Source: Felis catus (Eukaryota). From it: a DNA stretch of 64,000 nt. Both the position numbers and the translations under genes were made by a program. The DNA lies in contig NC_058373.1 in assembly GCF_018350175.1 (NCBI RefSeq), forward strand, positions 109,308,001 to 109,372,000. The letters run 5' to 3'. Position 1 is the stretch's first letter; each line of letters opens with the position of its first letter. The notes under the pieces are model-generated. The model was not told the origin of the DNA, ran no database searches, and saw nothing but the letters and a program-made list of their open reading frames with translations. This document shows, piece by piece, positions 1 through 13,645 of this stretch.

Positions 1-1119
1 ATCCTAGCCAAGCGCAGGGTCAGGGGAGTTGGCAGAGCGAGAAGGACCGCGCCGTCTGTCCCGCGGCACAGTGAGGACGATTCAAGTGGAGTCCAGCGGG
101 TCTGTGGAGAAGAGAATGGAGGGACCACCGCCATTTTCCCTCCACCGCCACCACCAGGGCGGGGCCTCAGGGATGGGTCTGCAGGGGCCCACCGTGGAGG
201 CGGGACCAGCCTACACCAAGCCACGCCCCTCAGTGAGGCGGGACCAGCCTACACCAAGCCACGCCCCTCAGCGCTGGGTAACTGCGTATCCACTGGAGCC
301 AGACAGACCCTGTTTAACCAGAACGGACAGCTCCTCCAGAGGAGCGCTGCAGCATTGCCTGGATTAATTCTAGCTCAACTCTGGATATATAGATATAGTC
401 TACCCTCCCCCCATTTCTCCTCCTTATCTCTTCCCTCCTCTACGCTGGTTACTCTGGTTATTGGTTTGTCTAAACAGACATATTTCATCCATTCTCTTGA
501 TACATGCTCTACACCTCCTTCTTTACTTTCCTTTCTCTCTCTGGAATAATGAAGCCATATGGTTTCTCTGTCTGGATAACTCTATCTTCATTTCTTTTTC
601 CCCGCCTCCTTCCTCATTTTCCTTTCTCTCTCTCAGGATTAAGCCTTTTAGTCTCTCTGCCTGGTCAATGTTTATTTTTCCTACCCCCCCCCAGCCATTT
701 CTCTCTTTGTATGTGTTTGTCCATCAGCTCCGCTTCCACCCTGTCCTTTACTTGTGGCCAGTGTTTCTGGTTTTTTGCTTTTGATTGTTTTTAGTTTTTT
801 GCTTTTTTTGTTTTTATTTGTTTTATGTTTGTGTGTTTGCATGCTTTTGTTTCCTGTTTGTCTATCTGTTTTCTTTTACAGGGCTATTCCAAGGAACAAA
901 TCAAAGCACATCTGGTGGAGGGTCCAAAACATCACTACGAGTAGGGAAATAAAATAACCAAAGTCACAACAACAGCGAGCAAGTAACACTCTCCAAAAAA
1001 CACCTCCTGAAGGGCCAGGCCCTGGACGGTGTATGACCCTCCTTTAATATAGCAGTGCTCGCAGGTGCAGAGCACACAACAAACTTTTAAAACTCTTAAG
1101 GGACAGAAAACTAACCAAA

Positions 1120-2009
1120 ATGACGAAACGGAAGAATTCTCCTCAAAAGAAATTCCAGGAAGAAGTGACAGCTAAAGAATTGATCAAAACAGATTTAAGC
1201 AATATAACGGAACAAGAATTTAGAATAATAGTCATAAAATTAATCGCTGGGCTTGAAAAAAGCATAGAGGACAGCAGAAAATCTATTGCTACAGAGATCA
1301 AGGGACTAAGAAATAGTCATGAGGAGCTAAAAAAAATGCTATAAATGAGGTGCAAAATAAAATGGAGGGGGCCACAGCATGAATTGAAGAGGCAGAGGGG
1401 TGAATAGGTAAATTAAAGGATAAAATTATGGAAAAAGAGGAAGCTGAGAAAAAGAGAGATACAAAAATCCAGGATTAGAAGGGGAAAATTAGAGAACTAA
1501 GTGATGCAAACGGAACAGTATCCATATCATAGGAATTCCAGAAGAAGAGAGAGAGAAAGGGGCTGAAGGTGTAGTTGAACAAATCATAGCTGAGAACTTC
1601 CCCGATCTGGGGAAGTAAACAGGCATTGAAATCCAAGAGACACAGAGAACCCCTTTCAGACATAATTTGAATTGATCTTCTGCACAACATATCATAGTGA
1701 AACTGGCAAAATACAAGGATAAAGAGGAATTCTGAAAGAAGCTAGGGATAAATGGGCCGTAACTAATACAAAGGTAGAAACATAAGGATAGTAGCAGACC
1801 TATCTACTGAAACTTGGCAGGCCAGAAAGGAATGGCAGGAAATCTTCAATATGATTAGCATAAAAAATATGCAGCCAAGAATCCTTTATCCAGCAAGTCT
1901 GTCATTCAGAATAGAAGGAGAGATAAACGTTTTCCCAAACAAACAAAAACTGAAGGAATTCATCACCACTAAACCAACCCTACAAGAGACCCTAAGGGGG
2001 ACTCTGTGA
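1120..2009 (+). pseudogene. L1 ORF1 (frameshifted)
   Basis: Starts MTKRKNSPQKKFQEEVTAKEL, shifts frame at the A-run near 1330, and ends PTLQETLRGTL-TGA at 2007-2009. Confidence 0.85.
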
Positions 2010-2077
2010 GTGAAATGTTGCAAGGACCACAAAGTATCAGAGACATCACTACAAGCATGAAACCTACAGATAACACA

Positions 2078-2164
2078 ATGACTCTAAACCCATATCTTTG
2101 GACAATAACACTGAATGTAAATGGACTAAATGCTCCAACCAAAAGACATAGGTTATCAGAATGG

Positions 2165-2195
<31 letters not shown>

Positions 2196-5100
2196 CAAAA
2201 CAAAACAAACAAGATTCATTTATTTGCTGTCTACAAGAGACTCATTTTAGACCTGAGGACACCTTCAGATTGAAAGTGAGGAGATGGAGAACTACCTATC
2301 ATGTTACTGCAAGTAAAAAGAAAGCTAGAGTAGCCATACTTATATCAGACAAATTAGGCTTTAAATTAAAGGCTGTAACAAGAGATAAAAAAGGGAATTA
2401 TATAATAATTACAGGGTCTATCCATCAGGAAGAGCTAACAATTATAAATGTCTATGCATTGAATTTGAAAGCACTCAAATATATAAAACAATCACAAACA
2501 TAAGCAACGTTACTGATAAGAATGTGGTAATTGCAGGGCACTTTAATACTCCACTTACAACAACTGGATAGATCATCTAGACAGAATCAGTAAAGAAACA
2601 ATGGCCCTGAACAATACATTGGACCAGATGGACTTGACAGATATATTTAGAATTATGCATCCCAAAGCAAGAGAGTATACCTTCTTCTCAAGTACACATG
2701 GAACATTCTCCAAGATAGATCACATACAGGGTCACAAAACAGCCCTCAATAAAAATAAAAGAATTGAGATCATACCATGCACACTTTCAGATCACAATGC
2801 TATGAAACTTGAAATCAACCACAGGAAAAAGTCTGGAAAACCTCCAAAAGCATGGAGGTTAAATAACATCCTACTAAAGAATGAATGGGTCAACCAGACA
2901 ATTAGAGAAGAAATTAAAAAATATATGGAAACAAATGAAAATGAACATACAACAACCTAAACCCTTTGGGATGCAACAAACCCTTTGGGATGTCCTAAGA
3001 GGAAAATACATTGCAATCCAGGCCTATCTCAAGAAACAAGAAAAATCCCAAATATAAAATCTAACAGCACACCTAAAGGAACTAGAAACAGAACAGCAAA
3101 GATACCCCAAACCCAGCAGAAGAAGAGAAATAATAAAGAATAGAGCAGAAATAAACAATATAGAATCCAAAAAAAAAAAAAAAAAAAAACCACCAGTAAA
3201 ACAAATAAATGAAACCAAGAGTTGTTTTTTTGAAAAAATAAACAAAATTGATAAACCACTAACCAGGCTTCCCAAAAAGGAAAGAGAGAGGACCTAAATA
3301 GATAAAATCACGAATAAAAATGGAATTATTACAACCAATCCCTCAGAAATACAGGCAATTATCAGAGAATACTATGAAAAATTATATGCCAACAAACTGG
3401 ACAACCTGGAAGAAATGGACAAATTCCTAAACACCCACACACTCCCAAAACTCAAACAGTAAGAAATAGAAAATTTGAACAGACCCATAACTAGTGAAGA
3501 AATTGAATCAGTTATTAAAAATAAGAGTCCAGGACCAGATGGCTTCCCTGGGGAATTCTACCAGACATTTAAAACAGAGTTAATATCTATCCTTCTCAAG
3601 CTGTTCCAAAAAATAGAAAGGGAAGGAAACCTTCCAGACGCATTCTATGGAGCCAGCATTACTTTGATACCCAAACCGGACAGAGACCCAGCAAAAAAAG
3701 AAAACTACAGGCCAATGTCCCTGATGAATATGGATGTAAAAATTCTCAACACGATACTAGCAAATCAAATTCATCAGCATATAAAAAGAATTATTCACCA
3801 TGATCAAGTGGGATTCATTCCTGCGCTGCAGGGTGGATTCGATATTCACAAATCAATCAATGTGATACATCACATTAATAAAAGAAAAGATAAGAACCAT
3901 ATGATCCTGTCAATAGATGCAGAAAAAACATTTGACAAAATACAGCATCCTTTCTTAATAAAAACCTTCAAGAAAGTTGGGATAGACGGAACATACTTAA
4001 ACATCATAAAAGCCATTTATGAAAAGCCCACAGCTAATATCATTCTCAATGGGGAGAAACTGAGAGCTTTCCCCTTGAGATCAGGAACACGACAGGAATG
4101 TCCACTTTCACTGCTGTTGTTTAACATCGTGTTGAAAGTCCTAGCATCAGCAATCAAACAACAAAATGAAATTAAAGGCATTAAAATTGGCAAAGATGAA
4201 GTCAAACTTTCACTTTTCACAGACGACATGATACTCTACATGGAAAACCTGACAGACTCCACCAAAAGTCTGCTAGAACTGTTACATGACTTCAGCAAAG
4301 TCTCAGGATACAAAATTAATGTACAGAAATTAGTTGCATTTTTATATACCAATAATGAAGCAACAGAAAGAGAAATAAAGAAACTGATCCTATTCACAAT
4401 TGCACCAAGAATCATAAAATACCTAGGCATAAACCTAACCAAAGATGTAAAAGATCTGTATGCTGAAAACTATAGAAAGCTTATGAAGGAAACTGAAGAA
4501 GAAAAAAAGAAATGGAAAAACATTCCATGGTCATGGATTGGAAGAATAAATATTGTTAAAATGTCAATACTACCCAAAGCAATCTACACATTCAATGCAA
4601 TCCCAATCAAAATTGCACCAGTATTCTTCTCAAAGCTAGAACAAACAATCCTAAAATTTTTATGGAACCACAAAAAGACCCCGAATAGCCAAAGTAATAT
4701 TGAAGAAGAAAACCAAAGCGGGAGGCATCACAATCCCAGACTTTAGCCTCTACTACAAAGCTATAATCATCAAGACAGTATGGTATTGGCACAAAAACAG
4801 ACACACAGACCAATGGAATAGAATAGAGAACCCAGAATTGGACCCACAAATGTATGGCCAACTAATCTTTGACAAAGCAGGAAAGAATATCCAATGGAAA
4901 AAAGACAGTCTCTTTAACAAATGGTGCTCAGAGAACTGGACGGCAACATGCAGAAGAATTAAACTAGACCACTTTCTTACACCATACACAAAAATAAAAC
5001 TCTAAATGGATGAAGGACCTGAATGTGAGACAGGAAACCATCAAAACCCTAGAGGAGAAAGCAGGAAAAAAACCCTTTGACCTCAGCACAGCAATTTCTT

Positions 5101-5942
5101 ACTCAACACATCTCCAAAGGCAAGGGAATTAAAAGCAAAAATGAACTGTTGGGACCTCATCAAGATAAAAACCTTTTGCACTGTAAAGGAAACAATCAAC
5201 AAAACTAAAAGGCAACCGATGGAATGGGAAAAGATATTTGCAAATGACATAACAGACAAAGGGTTAGTATCCAAAATCTATAAAGAACTCACCAAACTCC
5301 ACACCCAAAAAACAAATAATCCAGTGAAGAAATGGGCAGAAGACATGAATAGACACTTTTCTAAAGAAAACATCCAGATGGTCAACAGACACATGAAAAG
5401 ATGCTCAACATCACTCCTCATCGGGGAAATCCAAATCAAAACCACACTGAGATAGCACCTCATGCTGGTCAGAGTGGATAAAATGAACAAATCAGGAGAC
5501 CATAGATGCTGGCAAGGATGTGGAGAAACGGGAACCCTCTTGCAATGTTGGTGGGAATGCAAACTGGTAAAGCCACTCTGGAGAAGTGTAGAGGTTCCTC
5601 AAAAAACTAAAAATAGATCTACCCTATGACCCAGCAATAGCACTGCTAGGAATTTACCCAAGGGATACAGGAGTGCTGATGCATAGGGGCACATGTACCC
5701 CAATGTTTATAGCAGCACTTTCAACAATAGCCAAATTATGGAAAGAGCCTAAATGTCCACCAACTAACAAATGGATAAATATGTGGTTTGTACATACAAT
5801 GGAATACTACTTGGCAATGAGAAAGAATGAAATCTGGTCATTTGTAGCAACATGGATGGAACTGGAAGGTATTATGCTAAGTGAAATAAGTCGGGCAGAG
5901 AAAGACAGATACCATATGTTTTTACTCATATGTGGATCCTGA
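2078..5942 (+). pseudogene. L1 ORF2 (endonuclease + reverse transcriptase), multiple stops and frameshifts
   Basis: TLNVNGLNAP and CCLQETH (EN), [27 protein letters not shown] (RT). The catalytic FADD motif reads FTDD. The ORF is broken into at least 6 pieces. Confidence 0.93.
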
Positions 5943-6189
5943 GAAACTTAACAGAAGACCAGGGGGGACGGGAAGGGGAAAAAAGAGTTACAGAGAGGGA
6001 GGGAGGCAAACCATAAGAGACTCTTAAATACTGAGAACAAACTGAGGGTTGATGGGAGGTGGGGGAGAGGAGAAAGTGGGTGATGTGCATTCAGGAGGGC
6101 ACCTGTTGGGATGAGCACTGGGTTTTGTATGGAAACCAATTTGACAATAAATTATATTTAATTAAAAAAAAAAGATAGGTGCAGGTATG

Positions 6190-6385
6190 GGGGCCCCTGG
6201 GGGCTCAGTCAGTTAAGTGTCCAACTTTGGCTCAAGTCATAATCTTACGGAGTTTGAACCCTGCATCGGGTTCTGTGCTGTCAGTTCAGAACCTGGAGAT
6301 CGCTTTAGATTCTGTGTCTCCCTCTCTCTCTGCTCCACCCCCACTCACGCTCTGTCTCTCAAAAAATGAATAAACGTTAAAATTT
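6190..6385 (+). mobile_element. CAN-SINE (SINEC)
   Basis: tRNA-like head, (CT)n body, A-tail; direct repeat AAAGATAGGTGCAGGTATGG at 6171-6190 and 6386-6405. Confidence 0.93.
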
Positions 6386-6819
6386 AAAGATAGGTGCAGG
6401 TATGGCTCATGGGAGGAAAATAATGGTGAGAAATTGAAGGAGACACACACTGTTGCCATGGTTATGGGGAACATACAAAACATAAATTAAAAAGTGAGAT
6501 TTTACATGCCACAAAAATTTCCTAATGTTTGAAATTATCCACTTTTCTAAGCGAATTTCACCAAACGTCTGAAAATCTACAAAATAGAACTCAGTCAAGG
6601 ACTACAAGCCTCTAAAACTCTACTCTGATGCTTTCACAATCGTTAGCTGTGCATCTGGTTCTAGATACACAGTCCTACTAGTTAGCATAGTTGTCCAGAT
6701 CATTTAGTCCACCAGGAGAGAATATGTGGCACTTCCAGATACCTTGAATAAGTTTTTTGAAGGTCCATGTATATCTTTGTTATTGTTTTTCATCCAGTTT
6801 CAATGACTTAGCATATTGG

Positions 6820-6997
6820 CCAGAGGCTGATCCAAGTGTGATAGAGACTAAAGCTTATACAATTTTAGGGACCCTCTTTAAAGAAAAAATAACATAAAAT
6901 TATAAAACAAAATTAGGTACAGAGCTTTGAAAGACTTCCACTCAAGTGAGGGCCCCTGAAGGTTAAGATTCATGATCTTCATGGGAAATCTGGCCCT
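6820..6997. mobile_element. MER96-like hAT-type MITE
   Basis: CAG...CCCTG termini and internal AAGCTTATACAATTT/GGGCCCCTGAAG motifs match my recollection of MER96. Confidence 0.6.
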
Positions 6998-7613
6998 GAA
7001 TGTATCAATCTGGAAAATTTATAACATGAAAAGCATAGTTGGATAGCAAGATCCAGAAAAACTAGAAGATCCTATAGGAATGCCATATCAGAACCAGAAA
7101 TTACAGAGTGATGGCCCATCTTATGATAATACTACCCTAGGCAACTAGAATTCTAGAAACTAAGAAATGAAAGGAAATGGATGAGGTTTACCAAAGACTG
7201 CCCAGTCTGCATTCTGCATTTTCAAAAAAGAATTTTCATTGTCATCATAATAGTAAGTTAAGCAAGAAATCTCAGAATAAAATGGCAGATTCTAACTCCA
7301 TAATCTCAGTGTCAGACTCACATAGAAAGCTCTCAGAGCCTACCTGTAAGACAGCATTGAAAAGCCATTGCTTCCACCAAAGACTAAACTCTGCCTCATG
7401 AGAATTTTGTGAAAATCTCTTGAAGGCATTACTGTGAAACTAGAATTAAAGAGCACAAAGACACCCTCCTTCCCCTCCATAAATTAAGACACTAGTTTAA
7501 TACTGTTAATATTTTTTATAGGGTGAACTTTTTAAATCAACCAGGTTTTTTTTAATTGACTGTGATTTTTAATCTAAAAACTCCTTAATAGAGAGAAAAA
7601 AAAAAAAAACATT

Positions 7614-7810
7614 GGGTTGCCTGAGTGGATCAGTCAGTTAAGTGTCTGACTCCTGACTTTGGTTCATATCATGATCTCACAGTCATGAGATCAAGCCCTA
7701 CATCAGGCTTGGGGATCCTGCTTGGGAATCTCTCTCTCCCCTTCTTTCTGCCCCTCCCCCACTTATGCACACACACATGCAAAATAAATAGATAAACATT
7801 AAAAAAAAGA
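7614..7810 (+). mobile_element. CAN-SINE (older, diverged)
   Basis: GGGTTGCCTGAGTGGATCAGTCAGTTAAG head, CT tract, A-rich tail. Confidence 0.85.
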
Positions 7811-8038
7811 ATGAAAGAAAACATTTAAAAAACAGAAAAAAGTTAAGATAATTAAGGTAACTAAATGTTTATGGTCTTATTAAGATAAAAATTTTGAAAA
7901 ATCGACTCTAATAGGATTTAAAAATAAGTGACAACTCAAAATTCCAAAATTCTTGGAAATTGATGTGATAATACCACTTAATAACAAATACAACACAAGT
8001 CTGATTCAGTGAAAATTCTAAAGATGAAAACAAGCAAC

Positions 8039-8246
8039 TTTTTAACATTTATTTATTTTTGAGACAGAGAGAGAGAGACCGTGAACAGGGGAGGGTCAGA
8101 GAAAGAGGGAGACACAGGATCTGAAACAGGCTCCAGGCTCTGAGCTGTCAGCACAGAGCCTGACGTGGGGCTCGAACCCACAGACCGCGAGATCATGACC
8201 TGAGCTGAAGTCGGACGCTTAACCGACTGAGCCACCCAGGTGCTCC
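8039..8246 (-). mobile_element. CAN-SINE
   Basis: Reverse complement of the SINEC consensus. Confidence 0.93.
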
Positions 8247-10625
8247 ACAACTTTCTAAATAAAGTCAGAAAACTCTATAATGTATTCTTCACTCATTTAG
8301 CCCTTTTAGCGGTAAAATTGCCTGTCATAATAAAGGCACTTGAAGAAAAAAAATCCTAGATTATTACATTCTGAATACTTTCTTAAAGTTAGTCTTCTAT
8401 TTTGTTATATTGTTTCACTCACATTTTTCATTTTATGTTTATTAAACTACATATTTCCAGTGACAGAACACATATTTGAAGTGGTAAAATTCAGCAATTA
8501 ACTAATAAAAAATATTTCAAAACAAACTATAAGGAATGTCTGAAATGTATTATCCATTCTTCCAGTGAAAGGATATATTTCCATCTGAAGTTGCCCAAAC
8601 TGACTAAATCAGTGCTTCCACAAAGTCTACAGGAATATGGCACATTTGTTTATTTGCTTGGCTATTTTACACGTAAATGTTGAGTATCTTTAGCAAGGTT
8701 TCCAGCAGCCTGACTCTGGATGACTAAAGCTCAATGCAGTCTTTGAATGGTTAATGGAATCTGAAGGAAACCAAGATTCAGAAATGGTAATCCTCAGGCT
8801 TTTGAAACTATATACCTATATCATAATTTTACACATTTCTTGCGTATATCCTCCAGGAATATATAATGGGAATACAGAAAAACATTTCAGAACTTCAAGC
8901 TGCTCTCTCAGACAGAATGCCAAGCTTCCCTTACAGTAATTATACATGACTACTACAAGTGCACTGTTATCTTATTGAAAAGAAAAGAAAATTAGATGCA
9001 CAGATGCTATCTGTCTCCGTTATAATATTGAGTGATCATGATATAACAGAAGACCACTGCACCATTTACAAACTGCATAATTCATGGGCAAATCATATAA
9101 TTGCTTGGACTCTCAGTTTCCTCATCAGTAAAATGATGATAATGTTCATATACCTCAGAGGGTGAGGGCTTTAAAAGGATAATGCACATGCGGTTGCAAA
9201 TTATAATGTGCTATACACTGCCTGAATTATTACTGGAAATGCTCCCTATGGATGGGGTTAGAAGAAAGCTCCTCCAGCCCTAGCCCCAACCCCACTACTC
9301 TCTAGCTCCTCTATAATTCTAGAACAGGGGTTGGGCCATGCTTGCTAATGGGCAGGGTCACTGTATCTTAAAGGGATACATGCATCATTTTGTGTGTCTT
9401 CTTTTTTTGTGAGCCAATGAGGGTGAAATATAAATCCATTCAGGACCTGCTCCTGAATAATCTTGCCACTTTTCTTGCCACACGATAAACCGGTGATAAA
9501 ATTTGGTCTTAGGATAGGGAGAAGTTTTCCTGAGGTCTGGCCTAGGCTATATCCAGCAGGCCTGAGCATTCAGCAATATACCTTTCATGTCTTTCCTGCC
9601 CTAGCAAATTTCTAAGGTCAGGTAGGTTTGCTTTACAGCAGGATTTACTTATTCTTGGGTCCTTTATTCTACCAGCAAAAGCTCACAACAAGCCTTATTA
9701 TGATACCTACCAGCAAGAATGGCTATAAGTGTTGACAGATTTCCAGGAGAGACAGGAACCTCACAAACAAAAAAATATATAACCTATTCATGAGTTCTGC
9801 CAATCTATCTTAATCTGCTAATGGTCAACGATGTTCCTGGACTAAAATGCCATATTCAGTCACCACAAAAAGGATAATATTATTTATAGGCTGTAATTCA
9901 CAACCTAGGATAGCTTCATCACAGAAACCACATAGATTGACTTAATGCAGTGGGTAAATGTGGTCTCTAGCTCGGAATCAGCCACAAGAATAAAATTATC
10001 ACAAAAGTTAATGGGAGAATGAGCTCAAATAGTCAAAGAATCAAAAAGAAGCCTGAGAGAGAGGGAGTAAGGAGGAAATTTTAGAAACAAATAACACAGC
10101 TTTCAAAATCTGAAAGAGGTAATTTCAAAATAAATCAAGGAGTTACTTTATACAGTGAATCATAACCAAAAGGTTTCACAACCCATTAATTTATAGGAGT
10201 TTAAGAAGATTTAGATAGAGTCATAGTGGTAGATCCATGGTGTGTAACTAATGGAAACTAGGGATGGCACTGGACATCTAACCTTTGGAGTGTGACGTCC
10301 GTGAGGCACCTCTGCTCTCCAACACTTTCCCTCAGTGCCACCGTGTGAATCAGAGCCCTCAGCCAAATGTCACCACACCGAGTGGCATCCCTCATGCGTA
10401 CTGTGCTCTGGCTGGCTGAAAGGACCCTGTGCTAATGAAACTCCTCGTGAAGTACATCCAATAAAGTGCCTCTTAATTGTTTCATTGTCTAATTTGATGG
10501 CTTGGGTAATGGATTATTAATGAGCCTTCCAGAAAAAAAAAAATGTATTTGAAAGTATCTATCTACTCCAATCCTCCGTACCTGTATGATTGCTCTTCTC
10601 ACCTCTCTAAAAACAGCACAGCTCT

Positions 10626-10830
10626 GGGGCGCCTGGGTGGCTCCGTTGCTTAAGCATCTGACTCTTGATTTCACCTCAGGTCATGATCTCATGGTTGGGA
10701 AGTCTGAGCCCCACATTAAGCTCTGTGCTGACAGTGCAGAGCCCCCTTGGGATTCTCACTCTCCTTCTCTGTCCCTTTCCTCGCCCCCTCCCCCGACTCA
10801 AAATAAATAAACACTTAAAAAATAAAAATG
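10626..10830 (+). mobile_element. CAN-SINE
   Basis: GGGGCGCCTGGGTGGCTC head, A-tail. Confidence 0.92.
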
Positions 10831-11194
10831 AAAACAAACAAGAACAGAGGGATTTTTAAAAATCTCAGGTTAATCAAAGGTAAAATGCTAAAGTGATTTC
10901 TACCCTACTTATGATAGTATGTTTTGATGCCTTCAACCAACGTCAGGACTTCCTGGGGGTCATAAGATCAGATGCTACTAAATGCCATTCCTCCAAAACC
11001 TACAATCACCTTTAAATATGCAGTATGTTTTGTGTCCTTCAATAAATAGCAAAATAGCCCAAAGGCTTGGAAATGCAATTATTAGACAATGAAATGGACT
11101 AGATTTGAAATTCCTGGTAATCCTCAAGTATCATAAGAATGTTTTTTGAAATTTTAGCCAAAACAAAATGAGATGGTACATAGGACATATCACA

Positions 11195-11218
11195 TTTTTT
11201 TAAAGTTTATTTATTTAC

Positions 11219-11254
<36 letters not shown>

Positions 11255-11419
11255 TGAGCAGGTGAGGGGCAGGGAGAGAGAGAAAGAGAGAATCCCAAGC
11301 AGGCTCTGCTCTGTCAGTGCGGAGCCCTACTCGGGGCTCGAACTCCCAAACAGTGAGATCATGACCTGAGTTGAAATCAAGAGTCGGACGCTTAACAAAC
11401 TGAGCCATCCAGGCGCCCC
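11195..11419 (-). mobile_element. CAN-SINE
   Basis: Reverse-complement SINEC with (GA)n; flanked by ACATATCACAT / ACACATCACAT. Confidence 0.92.
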
Positions 11420-12896
11420 ACCACACATCACATGTTTAAAAATAGAAATGTAGATGCTATTGTGAAGTACAAGGATTGAGGAAAATGGCAATACTCCTTC
11501 ATGGCTGCTGAGAGAGGAAACAGAAAGGTACTCTGGACAGCCATCTGGCAGCAGTTAATTTATAAATTCAGCAAACATTCTACTCTCCGGCAACACTACT
11601 TCTGGGTGTGGAGACAAACAATTTCTCACACGGGGCCACAAGAAGATGTGTATGAAGATATTTGTTATTGAATGTAGCAAAATGTCAGAAGTTCGAGCTC
11701 ACGGCTGCTAGAATAGATAATAAAACAGAAGGCTGTGAAGACATTTGGGCACTATACAGCGTCAGACATAATGAAAGAGATTGTCATATGGCAACATAAA
11801 AACCTCTCAATAACAAAAGGTTGAGTGAAACAGTAAGAAACTATCAATCTTACTGCATGGTATGACTTATGTAGATTTTAAAAACAAACACACACAAAGT
11901 AACATCACTTCAAGAATATACTTATTTAATAAACAAACAGAAGATGGATCCGAAAGACACCCAATAAACATGCTACAATGAATAGCTATGGAAAAGGAAG
12001 GGGGTGGAATGAAGGGGAAAGGAAATCAAAGACAAGAAAAAGAAATAAAATAAAAGGGAGACTTTGCCCAGAAGGATCACAATACTATGGGAAGAAACTG
12101 AGGAGTATGTTTAGTTTAGTAGTTAATTTGTTGCACCTGATCTAATGGAAGACTGAGAAGGACAAAGAGAAACAAGAAAGCAGAAGAAGTAAATATTAGC
12201 TTCTTGATATTGCAAAATCACAATGAACAGTTTTTCATTTTCTCAAACAATTCATGTTTGATTATTTTAAAATACTTTAATCCATCTAATGAAAGCTGTA
12301 TAAAAAGATGATTTATTGTTTCAGCATATAAAATGACGTATATTTTCTTCACAAACGGATGCCCACTGACTTGTAGTTTCTTATTCTGTTACATTTGCCT
12401 CACATTTGTCATTATGAAACTCAGTAAAATTCTTTGAAACATTTGCAAGGCTATCCTCAGTATCAAGTTAGTTATCTCCAACTGGAATTCAGTGATTCCA
12501 AACTCTATAATAACTTTAGCTTTAACAATGTGTTTCTAAATATGCATATAATTTTTGTCTTTCCTTCTTATTTCCTTGTGTGTAATATTCAAAGGGTTTT
12601 ATAGATTTATACTGGAAATAGAAAAAAGCCATATGTAAAAAAAATCAGAATCATAATACAGATACTGTTCTGTAACCTTGTTGTTGTTATTGGTTGATTG
12701 GTTGGTCAGTTCATTTTTTTTACTTAAAAAATATGTTGTTAGCTTCTTTCAGTGTCTTATCCTTCCAACATATGATTTAGAAAGTTTGGCTTTGCCATAA
12801 TATTTTTTAACAAACCTACGACTGGACATTTTAACTATTTCCAGGACTTCATTCTTCTAAAAAATGCTGCAGTAAACATAAAATGAGTAGAGTTTA

Positions 12897-13120
12897 GGGG
12901 CGCCTGGGTGGCGCAGTCGGTTAAGCGTCCGACTTCAGCCAGGTCACGATCTCGCGGTCCGTGAGTTCGAGCCCCGCGTCAGGCTCTGGGCTGATGGCTC
13001 AGAGCCTGGAGCCTGTTTCCGATTCTGTGTCTCCCTCTCTCTCTGCCCCTCGCCCGTTCATGCTCTGTCTCTCTCTATCCCAAAAATAAATAAACGTTGA
13101 AAAAAAAATTAAAAAAAAAA
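12897..13120 (+). mobile_element. Young felid SINEC_Fc-type element
   Basis: CpGs retained; perfect TSD AAAATGAGTAGAGTTTA. Confidence 0.95.
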
Positions 13121-13355
13121 TGAGTAGAGTTTAATTTTTTAAAGGGACAAAGAGGTTTAGAAGCAGAGTACATTAAAATCAACTATGCCTATAACAAAAC
13201 CTGATAAGGCTCAAATATCATCTGCTCATATATCAGATGCTAGTCTTCATTGTTCCGCGAAGGCATTAAACTGGTTGCGATTTCTAGGTTAGCAAAACAC
13301 ACGGGGTGTTTCATGCAATCAAGTAATAATTGTTTACATAAGAATATTACTTTGA

Positions 13356-13577
13356 GGGGCCCCTGGGTGGTTCAGTCCGTTAAGCGTCCGTGTCTTAATC
13401 TCGGCTCAGGTCATGATCTCAGGGTTTGTGGGATCGAGCCCCACCTGAGGCTCTGCACGGACAGCACAAGACTGATTGGGATTCTCTCTCTCTGCCCGTC
13501 CCCTGCTTGGTCTCTATCTCTCAAAACAAAATTTTTTTTAAAAAGAAAGTTATTTAAGGGGAGCCTGGGTGTCTGTT

Positions 13578-13611
<34 letters not shown>

Positions 13612-13645
13612 AAAAAAAAGTGAATAAACATTAAAAAAAAATTTT
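13356..13645 (+). mobile_element. CAN-SINE followed by a second, internally deleted SINE (13558-13645) in its tail
   Basis: Full SINE at 13356-13545, then GGGAGCCTGGGTG joined almost directly to (CT)n and an A-tail. Confidence 0.85.

Larger units (their letters stand above)
1..6173 (+). mobile_element. Near full-length carnivore/felid LINE-1, inactivated, antisense to KCNH5; 5' end runs off the window
   Basis: 5' UTR, ORF1 remnants, ORF2 endonuclease/RT/C-terminal fragments across several frames, G-rich 3' UTR, AATAAA at ~6146 and A-tail to 6173. Confidence 0.97.

Noticed and set aside
3475..4746. 423-aa reverse-transcriptase ORF as an active or novel RT system
   Set aside because: It is a fragment of L1 ORF2 flanked by stops and frameshifts, with the catalytic motif altered to FTDD.
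10100..10260. Possible CR1/L3 3'-end relic
   Set aside because: Resemblance too faint to support by eye.
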